A stretch of 64,000 nt of DNA from Longimicrobiales bacterium (GTDB lineage Bacteria; Gemmatimonadota; Gemmatimonadetes; Longimicrobiales; Gaopeijiaceae): positions 1,600,001 to 1,664,000 of the forward strand of contig CBDBCF010000001.1 in assembly GCA_965202985.1 (NCBI GenBank). The letters are read 5' to 3'. The position numbers and the translations under genes are program-made. Shown one piece after another: positions 9,957-19,777 of the stretch. The notes below the pieces were generated by a model. The model saw only the letters and a list, made by a program, of their open reading frames with translations, made no database searches and had not been told where the DNA came from. Position 1 is the stretch's first letter; each line of letters begins with the position of its first letter.

Positions 9957-10745
9957 TCAGCCGGAGCCGGCCGTATCCGCCTCCTCCCACGGCTCTTGCC
10001 GGCAAGACCGGTCGGTCTCCCACGTCACGCCGTCCGCGTTGGTCTTCTCGTGCACGGGGCTGAATCTGCACCAGCTTGTGCCAACATAACCGTAGATCGG
10101 GTCCGCCTTCACGCTGTCGATAGGCGTCCACAGCTTGACCTTCTCGGTCCAGAGCCCGTCCCGCCGGAGCTTGATGACGAACTGCCTCGGTTCTTCCCGG
10201 TAGTAGGGGGCATGGAAGCCGATCGCCATCGTGTCCACTTGGGCGCCTTCCGACATCGAGTGCCAGCCGGCTGCCGGGTGCATCATGTCCGTGTGCTGGA
10301 AGTCGATGTGCACCATTTGGTGGCGCCACCAAAGTCCGAACCAGGGCAAGAAGGGCTTGAACCACACGCCGTCCTTGCCGTTCGTCGGCCGCTCTCGGCT
10401 TGCCGTGTCCGCGGGTGCGCCGTGCACGATCGTCCGTCGCCACAAGGCCATTCGGTCGTGCGTGAACATGGTTGCGTTGCTGTGGTAGAACCACAAGTTG
10501 TGATCTCCCGCCACCACGCGCGCGCTGTCCTTGTCCTCCCAGCGGAACGACCGGACGAATACCGGGAGCTTCACGAGCGTTGCCGGGGGCGATTCGGCGG
10601 CGGCCGCAGCGATCGTTCCTGCGGCGTCTGCCGTCTCGGCGGCGTCCAGGCCGTCCGAGGGACGCTCGAGTGCGACCGGGCTGTCGGCGCAGGTTGCGGC
10701 GACCGTCAAGGCACACGGCACGGCGAGGGCACGAAGGGATCTCAT
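9957..10745 (-). CDS. hypothetical exported protein / putative lipoprotein
   Basis: Signal-like N-terminus (MRSLRALAVPCALTVAATC), GGAG upstream, Trp/His-rich body. Confidence 0.65.
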   Translation of the reverse strand: MRSLRALAVPCALTVAATCADSPVALERPSDGLDAAETADAAGTIAAAAAESPPATLVKLPVFVRSFRWEDKDSARVVAGDHNLWFYHSNATMFTHDRMALWRRTIVHGAPADTASRERPTNGKDGVWFKPFLPWFGLWWRHQMVHIDFQHTDMMHPAAGWHSMSEGAQVDTMAIGFHAPYYREEPRQFVIKLRRDGLWTEKVKLWTPIDSVKADPIYGYVGTSWCRFSPVHEKTNADGVTWETDRSCRQEPWEEADTAGSG

Positions 10746-10999
10746 CAGCGCTTGTCGTCTCCTGTGGAGTTCTTGCGGGGCCTGCAACGGTAACGCAGGA
10801 ACGCAGGCGTAGCTAGACAGGGGCCGTACCGGCGGGCCTGTGCCCCTGGAGCGGGGACCGGCGCTTCGATCTCGTTCACATCCACGAGATCTGGCTGTAT
10901 CCCAACTACGCGGCTTGTCGCGCGGCGCGGCGACATGGCGTACCCCACGTCGTCGCCGTTCACGGCGAAATGGACGGTCCGCGCCTGCGGAGCAAGCGA

Positions 11000-11800
11000 A
11001 TCAGGAAGTGGACCTGCGTGCGCGGGGTCCAGGGCGGACTGCTGCGGACGCGGTGCACGCTCTGACCTTCCGGGAAGCCGAGGGGCATTCGCCGGATCGT
11101 GAAAGCGCGTGCGGGTCTTCGTCCTGCCGTTCGGAGTCGATTGTCGGGTCGCGGACGACCGGTCGGGGCTGCCGGCGCTCTACCGTCGCTACCCGGTGTT
11201 GAGAGGGGCGAAGGTCGTTCTGTTCTTGGGGCGACTGGATCGGATCAAGGGCCCCGAGGTGCTGGCTCGAGGCTTCGCGCGGGCGTGCCGCCGGCACCGG
11301 GATGCGGTGCTGCTGTTCGCGGGCCCGGACTACGGCGCGAAGGCGCATGTGGAGAACGTCGTGCGGAGGGCAGGCTTGTCGAACCGAGTCGTCTTCACCG
11401 GGACGATCGACGGTCCAACCAAGGCCGCGGCGCTGGCGGCCGCGGACGTGTTCGCTCTGCCGTCTTATTCCGAGGGCTTTTCGAGTTCGGTGCTGGAACC
11501 TCTGGCGGCCGGCGTGCCCGTGGTCATCTCGGAGCCGTGCGCTTTCCCCCGGGTCGCGGACGAGGTTTGCAGGGCTCGTAGTGCCGATCGAGGAACGGTC
11601 GGTCGCGAGCGCCGTCGAAAGTTTGCTCTCCGACCGCGAGCTCCGCGAGGCGATGGGCGAGAGGGGAAAAGCGTTGGCGCGCGAGTACTCGTGGCCCAGC
11701 CTGGCGGCCCGGATGGCCGACCGCTATCGCGCCGTCGTGGACCAGCGCCACACGCGGGGGAGCGGGGGAACGGCGGCGGCTAGCCAATATCCGCCGGGCC
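11000..11800 (+). pseudogene. glycosyltransferase family 4 remnant (frameshifted, N-terminal half missing)
   Basis: LFLGRLDRIKG, AGPD and ADVFALPSYSEGF in frame 11109; C-terminus (LREAMGERGKALAREYSW) in another frame after ~11570; upstream VHALT..EAE in a different frame from 11109. Confidence 0.75.
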
Positions 11801-11833
11801 GACTGGGAGAGCGCCGCCGCCGGGGTCGGCCGG

Positions 11834-12712
11834 CTAATTCGCGTCGTTGCCCTCCGAATCGGTCGGGTGCGGAAGGTCCTGGGCCACCTTGATGACTTCC
11901 CGCCATACGCCTGCGGGCTGGGCGCCGAAAAGCGGCCTTCCCTGCACCAAGAACGTGGGCGTGCCGCGAACGCCCACGCGCGCTCCCGACAGAATTCCGC
12001 TTCGGACCCTGCCCTTGGGCCGCTCTTCTTGGACGCACGCCCGAAACTGCACCGGGTCCGCGCCGGCTTTGACGGCCAGCGACTCGAACACCGAGGATGG
12101 GTCGGCCAAGCCCTTCCAATCCGACTGACGCTCGTAGAGGGCCCGACTGACCTCCGGGAAGAGCCCTTGTTCGCCCGCGCACTCGGCGGCGTAGGCGGCG
12201 GGGAGGCCGTTGGGGAACATGCCGCTCACGTAGGTCACGTACTTCCAGCGCACCACGCCCGCGTCCACGAACTCCTCCATCAGCGTGGGGAATGTCTCGG
12301 AGTGGAAGCGGCGACAGTACCCGCATCCGTAGTCGCTGAACTCGACCACCTTCACCGGCGCGTCCTCGGTGCCGAAGTCGAACCCAATTTCGTCCAGGGT
12401 GAATTCCTGCGCGGGGGCGACGAACCGGGTTCCCTGTTCCGAGAGCATCGACACCGGCACCGACTGGGAAGGCGCGCCGCCGGCTCGCGGACCAGCAGTG
12501 GCACTAGTACTAGCACTACTAGTTGCCTCGCTGTCGCCTTTGCCGCCGCCTTCGTCGCCGGCGGGTGCGCACGCCGGCGCTGTCGTCGCCAGTACCGTCA
12601 GCGTCGCGAGCGTCGAGGCCGTCGCGACCCTCCGGCTCCGCGACCGCGCTTGCCGCAAGGGACTCGTGCTCCCGGCCGGGTCCGGCTTCTCCCGGCGTGC
12701 TTTCCTCGTCAC
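11834..12712 (-). CDS. DsbA-family thioredoxin-fold protein (start uncertain)
   Basis: EFSDYGCGYC (CxxC) and GVRGTPTF cis-Pro loop. Confidence 0.85.
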   Translation of the reverse strand: MTRKARREKPDPAGSTSPLRQARSRSRRVATASTLATLTVLATTAPACAPAGDEGGGKGDSEATSSASTSATAGPRAGGAPSQSVPVSMLSEQGTRFVAPAQEFTLDEIGFDFGTEDAPVKVVEFSDYGCGYCRRFHSETFPTLMEEFVDAGVVRWKYVTYVSGMFPNGLPAAYAAECAGEQGLFPEVSRALYERQSDWKGLADPSSVFESLAVKAGADPVQFRACVQEERPKGRVRSGILSGARVGVRGTPTFLVQGRPLFGAQPAGVWREVIKVAQDLPHPTDSEGNDAN

Positions 12713-13655
12713 CCTGTTGCGCTCCTTCGGTTGCGGTCCCATGTGCCGCGGCGTGCGCCTCGGTCCCACCTGTCGCTTCCGGGCGCACCCGCGAAGGCCC
12801 GGAAACATACCCGGATGCGGCTTCCCCCCACAGCCTCTGCACGCGCGGCAGGCGTTCCCGGACGACCACGGTGTCGGCGATCTTGTCGTGGATGGCTTGG
12901 CGGTTAGGGTCCCACCACACGCGGGCAAACCCCAGCAAGCCCGTAGCAGTACCCGCGGCATACCCGCCCGTGCGCTCGAACGCGGCAACCAACCCGAGCG
13001 GCCGTCCATTGAGACGGAGCACTTGCAGACCGAAGGCCCGCTTGCCCGGCGTGCGTCCCTTCCAGAGCGCAAGGAACAACGTCATGTAGACGGTGCCCCA
13101 GCCGAAGACCAATCCCGCTTGGTCGGCGGCGTCGCGCATCCAATCGGAGATTAGGGCGGCCTGGATCTCGGCGGGCGACTCGGGCTCCGCCGGCGACTCC
13201 GCCTCCACTGGCGACTGGGCCGTCGCCGATAGCGTGTCCGCCACCGTGTCGGCCACCACTTGGATGGGTTCCGTCCCGTCCTCCAGCGTGGCCGCGTAAC
13301 GCTGCATCAGCGTGGGAAGCACCATGACGAAGACGACCAGCGGCACCACCACGACGACAGCCCCGCCAACGACCGCCCGCCGTCGCCACGCGGGACCAGA
13401 ACCCAACGGCCGCCGGGCCAGCGCCGCCAAGAAGAAGATGGTGGTGAGACCCAGGAGCACGCGCCAATCCAGCACCTGTTGCAGAAAGACGATCAGCAGT
13501 CCGTCCAGCGTCAGCGCCGCCAGTCGCCGCCACGAGCGCGCCAGTTGAAGGCCGAGGAGTTCGGGCGCGACGGAAAAGGCGTCGGGCGTGACGATGGACC
13601 GAGGGTCTCGCGAAGCGGGGGTTGCCCGGGAGCGGAAGAGTGCCCGTATGGCCAT
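12519..13655 (-). CDS. RDD family membrane protein
   Basis: RRLAALTLD, GRTPGKRAFGLQV and QAIHDKIADTVVV motifs; low-complexity tail overlaps the DsbA-family ORF. Confidence 0.85.
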   Translation of the reverse strand: MAIRALFRSRATPASRDPRSIVTPDAFSVAPELLGLQLARSWRRLAALTLDGLLIVFLQQVLDWRVLLGLTTIFFLAALARRPLGSGPAWRRRAVVGGAVVVVVPLVVFVMVLPTLMQRYAATLEDGTEPIQVVADTVADTLSATAQSPVEAESPAEPESPAEIQAALISDWMRDAADQAGLVFGWGTVYMTLFLALWKGRTPGKRAFGLQVLRLNGRPLGLVAAFERTGGYAAGTATGLLGFARVWWDPNRQAIHDKIADTVVVRERLPRVQRLWGEAASGYVSGPSRVRPEATGGTEAHAAAHGTATEGAQQGDEESTPGEAGPGREHESLAASAVAEPEGRDGLDARDADGTGDDSAGVRTRRRRRRRQRRQRGN

Positions 13656-13850
13656 GCGAGAGAGCCGTCGCGAAGCGGGAAGGTGAGGAGATGCGGGGGC
13701 TCGCGGCTCCTGCCCGAAACCGGCCCAAGCGAGTACAATTCTGGGGTTGCCGCGTTCAAGCCGCAAACCAAGGCGCATCGTCGACGAACCGCGTGCCGCG
13801 GAGTGCGGGCCGCGCCACCCGCAAGCCGCCCAGCCGGGAGAGAATCGCCC

Positions 13851-14105
13851 ATGCGTTCCAGGTCGCAGGTCGTGGGCAGCCTAGAGGGCGTCTACCGAGA
13901 AGCGTACGAGAAAGCGGAATCGGCGGGGGACGCCGCTCGCATGGAGAGCCTGGACTTCGGGTTCCAGCGCGACCAGGTCGTGCTCGAAGTGCTTCTGGAC
14001 GTTCGGGACGCGCTCGGAGGGTTGCCGGGAAGCGATTCCAGCGACGAGCCGGGGCTGCTGGACCGGGCCAAGGCCATTCGCAAGTTCACCAAGAAGCTGC
14101 GGTGA
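13851..14105 (+). CDS. hypothetical protein
   Basis: 84-aa ORF with GGAG upstream, GTGA-coupled to the next gene. Confidence 0.7.
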   Translation: MRSRSQVVGSLEGVYREAYEKAESAGDAARMESLDFGFQRDQVVLEVLLDVRDALGGLPGSDSSDEPGLLDRAKAIRKFTKKLR

Positions 14106-14659
14106 AGCTGTACACGCGGCGGGGCGATCAGGGCGCGACGGGTCTCTTCGGCGGCGGTCGCGTGCGCAAGGACGACGTGCGCGTGGAAGCCATGGGGACC
14201 GTCGACGAACTCAACGCGGCGATCGGCGTGGCCGTCTGCCACCTGGCCAACAGGGACACGCGCGCCCGCCTAGGCCGCGTGCAGGCCGACCTGTTCGTCT
14301 TGGGCGCCCACTTGGCCGCCCCGCCGCCCCGGGGCAAGCGAACCGCGCCCAGCCTTCCCGCGTTTCCGGCCGAGCGCGTGCCGCAGATGGAGTCGTGGAT
14401 CGACGCGGCGTCTTCCCAAACGCCGCCGCTGGACAACTTCGTCCTGCCCGGAGGCGGTCCCGGCGGAAGCCGCCTCCACGCGGCCCGGGCGGTCTGCCGC
14501 CGGGCGGAGCGAAGGGTGGTCGCCCTTGCCGCGGAATCGCCCGCGGACCCGGAGATCCTGCGCTACCTGAACCGGCTCTCGGACTACCTGTTCGCGGCGG
14601 CGCGACTGGAGAACGCCCGCTCCGGCGGAAAGGACGCGATATGGCGCGGCAGCGGGTAA
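14102..14659 (+). CDS. PduO-type cob(I)alamin adenosyltransferase
   Basis: KLYTRRGD.G.T, GTVDELNA, RAVCRRAER and YLNRLSDYLF motifs. Confidence 0.93.
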   Translation: MKLYTRRGDQGATGLFGGGRVRKDDVRVEAMGTVDELNAAIGVAVCHLANRDTRARLGRVQADLFVLGAHLAAPPPRGKRTAPSLPAFPAERVPQMESWIDAASSQTPPLDNFVLPGGGPGGSRLHAARAVCRRAERRVVALAAESPADPEILRYLNRLSDYLFAAARLENARSGGKDAIWRGSG

Positions 14660-15516
14660 TCCACGAACGCGCGGAGACGACGCCGCCTCACGGAGACGTG
14701 ATCCGGCTGGACGTTCGACGGCCCGCGGAACGGTTGCCCGACTCGGCGGTGCTCGTGGCCCACGGCTTCAAGGGCTTCAAGGACTGGGGCTTCTTTCCTT
14801 ATCTGTGCGAGCGGCTGGCCGCGGACGGCCACTGGGTCGCGTCGTTCAACTTCTCGCTGAACGGGGTCGGCCCCGGCCTAACCGAGTTCAGCGATCTGGA
14901 CGCCTTCGGCAGGAACACGCTCAGCCGCGAGATCGAGGACCTTCACTGGATGCTGGACCGCTTGGCCGACGGAACGTGGAGCGGAGGGACGCCGCCGCGT
15001 GCGACGGGTCTTCTGGGTCACAGCCGGGGCGGCGGGGCAAGCATCGTGGCTGCCGCCGAGCGGAACCAAGGCCGACGGGGCGGGGGCGGTTGCAGGGTGG
15101 CTTCGCTGGTCACGTGGGCCGCGATCTCCACCTTCCAGCGGTGGACCGAGGACCACGCCAGGGACTGGGAGTCCAAGGGCGTCGCCTACGTGACGAACGC
15201 CCGCACCGGCCAGGAGATGCCGCTCTACCGCACGCTCCGGGACGACGTGCTGGCCAACCGAGCTCGGCTGGACGTCATGGCCGCCGCGGCCCGGGTTCGG
15301 GTCCCGTGGCTGGTGTTGCAGGGTTCGGAGGACTCGGCGGTGTCGGCGGACGAGGCCAGGGCGCTTGCGGCGGCGGGACCGGCGGCCGCGCTGCGGATCC
15401 TGGACGGCTGGGGCCATACCTTCGGGGCGGTGCACCCCATGGAGGCGCCGCCGCCGGGGTTGGAGGAGGCGGTGGCCGCCACCGTCCAGCACTTTCGGGA
15501 GTCGCTGCTGGGCTAG
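14641..15516 (+). CDS. alpha/beta hydrolase
   Basis: HGFKGFKDWGFF, GHSRGG nucleophile elbow, GHTF. Confidence 0.88.
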   Translation: MARQRVIHERAETTPPHGDVIRLDVRRPAERLPDSAVLVAHGFKGFKDWGFFPYLCERLAADGHWVASFNFSLNGVGPGLTEFSDLDAFGRNTLSREIEDLHWMLDRLADGTWSGGTPPRATGLLGHSRGGGASIVAAAERNQGRRGGGGCRVASLVTWAAISTFQRWTEDHARDWESKGVAYVTNARTGQEMPLYRTLRDDVLANRARLDVMAAAARVRVPWLVLQGSEDSAVSADEARALAAAGPAAALRILDGWGHTFGAVHPMEAPPPGLEEAVAATVQHFRESLLG

Positions 15517-15525
15517 GCTGGGTCG

Positions 15526-16929
15526 CTAGCGCCCCGTGCGTCGGCCCGCCCTGGTGTAGACCAAGATCACGCCGTTGGCCGATCCAGCCCCGAAGAGGTT
15601 GCCGGCCTGCAGCGGGCGGTAGACGACGATGCGGTCGATCGCCTGGGGCGGCATGCCCATGACGGCCTCCGGGGACGAGACTCGGGCGTTGTCCACGAAG
15701 AACACGGCGTTGGTGCAGTCGGCCTTCATGATCCGCGCCTGCCCCGGGGTCGTGCCCACGCACAACGCGCCCGACGCCGTGCGCCGAACGACCACGCCGG
15801 TCATGTGCTGCAGCCGGAGCACGTCCGCCAAGTCCCGTGCCCGGTGCCGAACCTCCTCGATCCGATGTCGCGACACCACGTGCCCGCCGGCCGCCACGAC
15901 GTCCATGTCGCCGATGGCCTGCACGGACACCTCGATCGGGTCCAGGGCGATCGGCTGCATGCTCATGGACATGGCGACCGAGACCGCCGTCCCGCTCCCG
16001 ACGCTCACCGACTCGGAGCGCTCTCCGTAGGCCATGTGGGTTGCGCGAAGCGTGTACTCGCCGGCCTCCACCGACGGCAGGCGGAAGGTGCCGCCGGGGC
16101 CGGAAACGGTGCCGTAGGACGTACCCGCAAGCCGAACTTCGGCGCCTTCGACGGCCCAGCCCCGATCCTGGTCGGTCAGCGTGCCCGAGATGGCGCCGGG
16201 TTGCAGGACCGCGGCCCGAAACGCGATCCAGCTTCGTTCCCCCGGCTCCAGGACGACCTCTCGCCGGCCGGCCGAACGGTTGAGGAACCGCGCCGCGACG
16301 CCCACGGACACGCCGGCGGGAGCCCGGCAGAAGCGATACCAGCCCCTGGAGTCGGCCACGGCCTCCAAGGTGCGGCGCTGCTCGGGGGCCTCCGTCCACG
16401 ACAAGCGGACCGTGGCGCCGGGCAAGGGAACTCCCGAACCGTCGTCACCCACGAAGCCCACGGCCACCGCCGAGTCCGTGCTCGTGCCCTCCAGCGCGCA
16501 CGTGGCCGCAAGGATCGTGAAGGGGGAAGGCGTGGCCAGCGCGACCTCGGTGGCGGCGCCCGCCGCGACGACCGCGTCGGTTCCGGGGGCCGAAACACCC
16601 AGTTCCAGGAGCAGGTCGTGCACGAAGGCGACGCGGTAGGCGCCCGGGGGCAGTGCCGGAAAGCGAAAGGCGCCGGCGCTGTCGGTGGTGGTTCTGTGCG
16701 CGGTGTTCCACAGGACGACGCGGGCGTCGGCCAAGGGGGCGGACGAAATGGAGTCGAAGACCGTTCCCGCCAAGACGCCGGGCCGGGCCGTCTCCTGGCC
16801 TTGGGCCGGCCGCGCGAGGCCGCGGGTGCCGGGCGCCAGGGCGTTGAGCGCCGCCGCAGCCAGGACCGCGCACAGCAGCAGGCGACCGCCCGGTCGGCAG
16901 GAACGCGAGCGCTTCGAATGTGGCGTCAT
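15526..16929 (-). CDS. exported protein with repeated carboxypeptidase-regulatory-like domains and C-terminal plug-like domain
   Basis: Repeated G.V.D...PL.GA.V / TD..G.F modules and C-terminal GVILVYTR. Confidence 0.75.
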   Translation of the reverse strand: MTPHSKRSRSCRPGGRLLLCAVLAAAALNALAPGTRGLARPAQGQETARPGVLAGTVFDSISSAPLADARVVLWNTAHRTTTDSAGAFRFPALPPGAYRVAFVHDLLLELGVSAPGTDAVVAAGAATEVALATPSPFTILAATCALEGTSTDSAVAVGFVGDDGSGVPLPGATVRLSWTEAPEQRRTLEAVADSRGWYRFCRAPAGVSVGVAARFLNRSAGRREVVLEPGERSWIAFRAAVLQPGAISGTLTDQDRGWAVEGAEVRLAGTSYGTVSGPGGTFRLPSVEAGEYTLRATHMAYGERSESVSVGSGTAVSVAMSMSMQPIALDPIEVSVQAIGDMDVVAAGGHVVSRHRIEEVRHRARDLADVLRLQHMTGVVVRRTASGALCVGTTPGQARIMKADCTNAVFFVDNARVSSPEAVMGMPPQAIDRIVVYRPLQAGNLFGAGSANGVILVYTRAGRRTGR

Positions 16930-17023
16930 CGTGCCCCCTTGCGGGTTGTCCGTTCGTTCAAGGGTTGCGGCGCCGTTGCGGTTGGGCAATTTTCCGGCGC
17001 CCGGCCCCCCAAAAGAGACGCGC

Positions 17024-17257
<234 letters not shown>

Positions 17258-17348
17258 GCGGTGCACTTCGACTAGAAACGCGACGAGGGGGACGGTCTCG
17301 CGTTTGACCGCCCCCCTCGCGCTGGGCTGGATCGCCCGGGCTCTCGGA

Positions 17349-17528
17349 TCAGATCCCCAGCTCTCGCAGCCTCTCGAGCCTGATCTGGCTGGGGACCGTC
17401 TCCTCCGGTGGAACCTCGTCCGCCCTCGCCTCCGCAGGCGCGGCACGACTGGTTCCCTGCCGAAGGAGCGCAAGACCCGCCGCCACGAGCGTCGCAGCCC
17501 CCACCAGACTCACGGTGAACTTGCGAAT
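17349..17528 (-). CDS. small single-TM protein, probable ATT start
   Basis: AAGGAGG 5 nt before ATT-CGC-AAG; hydrophobic N-terminus; ends RLERLRELGI; lies downstream of a sigma-54 motif. Confidence 0.55.
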   Translation of the reverse strand: MRKFTVSLVGAATLVAAGLALLRQGTSRAAPAEARADEVPPEETVPSQIRLERLRELGI

Positions 17529-17579
17529 GGCTTCCTCCTTCGCTTTGGGGTTCGTGCCTCCGGGAACGCCCATCTGTAC

Positions 17580-17595
17580 AGCAACAAACGTGCCA
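17580..17595 (-). promoter_or_regulatory. sigma-54 (-24/-12) promoter
   Basis: TGGCACGTTTGTTGCT is an exact match to TGGCACG-N4-TTGCW. Confidence 0.75.
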
Positions 17596-17866
17596 AAGAT
17601 TCTCCGCGCCGTCGCCGCGAGAGTTCGGCACGCCGAAACGCCACATGGCCGCTACCCTTCCGAAGCGTTGCCATGCCTGCCGGCGAGAGGGCTTGCGTGC
17701 GCGGAAAGTCGTGCAACTATTGCGTCGGCCGATGGAAAACCGACCCCCGGGGAGGGCGTGTCCGGGGGTGAGGGCCAAGCCCGGGTTGCCGGCGTGGCGA
17801 CGGACAACGGGCCGTGGGAGCGGCCAAGCCCCGTGGTGACCGCCAATCCGTGGTGACGAGGCCCTC

Positions 17867-19093
17867 GTGACGGGGCCGTCCGACGTGTCCGGCGGGTCGC
17901 GACGCGCTCCCGGCACTCCTGCCGATCCCGTGGCGATGACGCAGGCGCTGGTGCGCGCGCCCTCGGTCAACCCCGAGATAGAGAAGGGCGGGGCTGGCGA
18001 GGAGGAGGTCGCGCGGCTGGCCGCGGGGTGGCTGGCCGGCTGGGGCTACGACGCGACGACGACCGAGGTGGCGCCGGGGCGCTTCAACGTAGTGGCAAGG
18101 CGGGGGGCCGAGAGGGCCGAGGCGGGCGGTCCGGCCGGCAGGGCGCCGGCGCTGCTGCTGAACGGCCACTTGGATACGGTGGGCGTGGCGGGGATGGACC
18201 GGCCGTTCTCGGGGCGCATCGAAGAGGGGCGGCTCCACGGTCGGGGCGCTGCCGACATGAAGGCGGGCGTGGCGTGCATCTTGGCCGCGGCATGGGAGTT
18301 GGCGCGCGAGGAGACGCCCGGCGAGCTGATCGTGGCCCTGACCGCCGACGAGGAACACGCCTCCCTGGGAATGCAGGCGCTGGCGTCGTCCGGGGTCCGG
18401 GCGGACGGCGCGGTGGTCTGCGAGCCCACGGGCCTGGCGGTGATGCCGGCCCACAAGGGCTTCCTTTGGGTGGAGGCCCGAGTGGCGGGCCGGGCGGCCC
18501 ACGGCTCTCGGCCGGACGAAGGCGTGGACGCGATCGCCCGGGCGGGGCACCTGCTGACGGCTCTGGAGGACGAAGCCCGGCGGCTCGGGCGAGAGACGAG
18601 CCATCCCCTGCTGGGGTCGGCGTCCGTTCACGCGGGCACGATGTCGGGAGGGACCGCGCCGTCGGTCTATCCGAGCCGGTGCGACCTGGTGCTGGAGCGG
18701 CGTACCCTGCCCCGCGAGACCAAAGACGGGGTCATGGCGGAGATGGAGGCCATGGTCGCGCGGGCCAAGCGCTCATGTCCCGAGATGGAGGTCCGCGTCG
18801 TGCCCGGCCTGTACCGCGCCGGGACCGAAGTGCCGGCGGACTCGCCGCTTGTGACGGCGCTGGTGGAGGAGTGCCGGCGCGAAGGGTTGCCCGGCGCGGT
18901 GGCCGGGATGTCGGCCTGGGTGGACGCGTGCTTCCTGAACCAGAGCGGGACCCCCGCCGTCTGCTTCGGACCAGGCTCGATCGCGCAGGCGCACACCGAC
19001 GACGAGTGGGTGGCCGTGTCCGAGATCGTCGCGGGCGCAAGGGTGCTGACCAGCTTCGCCCGACGGTTCCTCCGCCCTACCGCGCCCGGCTGA
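17867..19093 (+). CDS. M20 family ArgE/DapE-type deacylase
   Basis: NGHLDTV, GRGAADMKAG, DEE, CEPT, GRAAHGS and AHTDDE motifs. Confidence 0.92.
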   Translation: MTGPSDVSGGSRRAPGTPADPVAMTQALVRAPSVNPEIEKGGAGEEEVARLAAGWLAGWGYDATTTEVAPGRFNVVARRGAERAEAGGPAGRAPALLLNGHLDTVGVAGMDRPFSGRIEEGRLHGRGAADMKAGVACILAAAWELAREETPGELIVALTADEEHASLGMQALASSGVRADGAVVCEPTGLAVMPAHKGFLWVEARVAGRAAHGSRPDEGVDAIARAGHLLTALEDEARRLGRETSHPLLGSASVHAGTMSGGTAPSVYPSRCDLVLERRTLPRETKDGVMAEMEAMVARAKRSCPEMEVRVVPGLYRAGTEVPADSPLVTALVEECRREGLPGAVAGMSAWVDACFLNQSGTPAVCFGPGSIAQAHTDDEWVAVSEIVAGARVLTSFARRFLRPTAPG

Positions 19094-19481
19094 CGACTTC
19101 GATGGCGCCGTTGGGGAAGTTGGTGCCGAACCGCATGGTCGCGTCGGAGGCGCTCATGTACCGCAGCGATTCCACGTCGGCCACCGAGATCGCCGACAGG
19201 CCCTCCAGACTGCCCATCCGCGCACCGTCCATGATGAGCTGGGGCGCGCCGCCGCCCCGGGCCCGGAGCCAGCGCGGCCGCAACCGCCGGATCACGTCGT
19301 GGGCCGTCAAGGTGGTGTATTCGGCCAGCTCTTCGGCCGTGATGAGGTTGGGGTCCCGCCGGGGTCCGTCGGAGCCGCCGCCTCCGCCGCTGGCGCAAGC
19401 GGCCAAGCCGACAACGGCGCCCAGCAGGAGGACCAGGGGCAAGCCCGCACGCATGGGCGGCATTCCGTTCGCAAATCGCAT
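19077..19481 (-). CDS. small lipoprotein with TonB-plug-like sequence
   Basis: LAAC lipobox, NLITAEEL, GAIEVVSR; AAGGAG RBS. Confidence 0.75.
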   Translation of the reverse strand: MRFANGMPPMRAGLPLVLLLGAVVGLAACASGGGGGSDGPRRDPNLITAEELAEYTTLTAHDVIRRLRPRWLRARGGGAPQLIMDGARMGSLEGLSAISVADVESLRYMSASDATMRFGTNFPNGAIEVVSRAR

Positions 19482-19591
19482 CTGCTGTCTCCTTCGTCGC
19501 AGGGGATTGGGGGGCGAACCCTTCGTCCCTTGGCCCGAACGACGCGGGGGACGCTAGGTTCCACTTCAACAGTAACCCAAGGAGCGCGGAA

Positions 19592-19759
19592 ATGAACAGC
19601 CGAAGCCCCGAGGCGAAGCGGGCCGGCGCGCCCACCGAGGGCCCCGGGCGGCAGCCGAAAGAAGGGGCGTCCGCGCGCTGGACGCTGATCCGCGTGATCG
19701 TCGCCCAACTCGTGGCCCTGGGGCTGCTGTGGCTCCTCCAGGCCCGCTACCACATCTGA
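19592..19759 (+). CDS. small membrane protein preceding the symporter (not in the ORF track)
   Basis: AAGGAG RBS; 55 aa ending LIRVIVAQLVALGLLWLLQARYHI. Confidence 0.65.
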   Translation: MNSRSPEAKRAGAPTEGPGRQPKEGASARWTLIRVIVAQLVALGLLWLLQARYHI

Positions 19760-19777
19760 TCAGGGCGCGACCGCACA

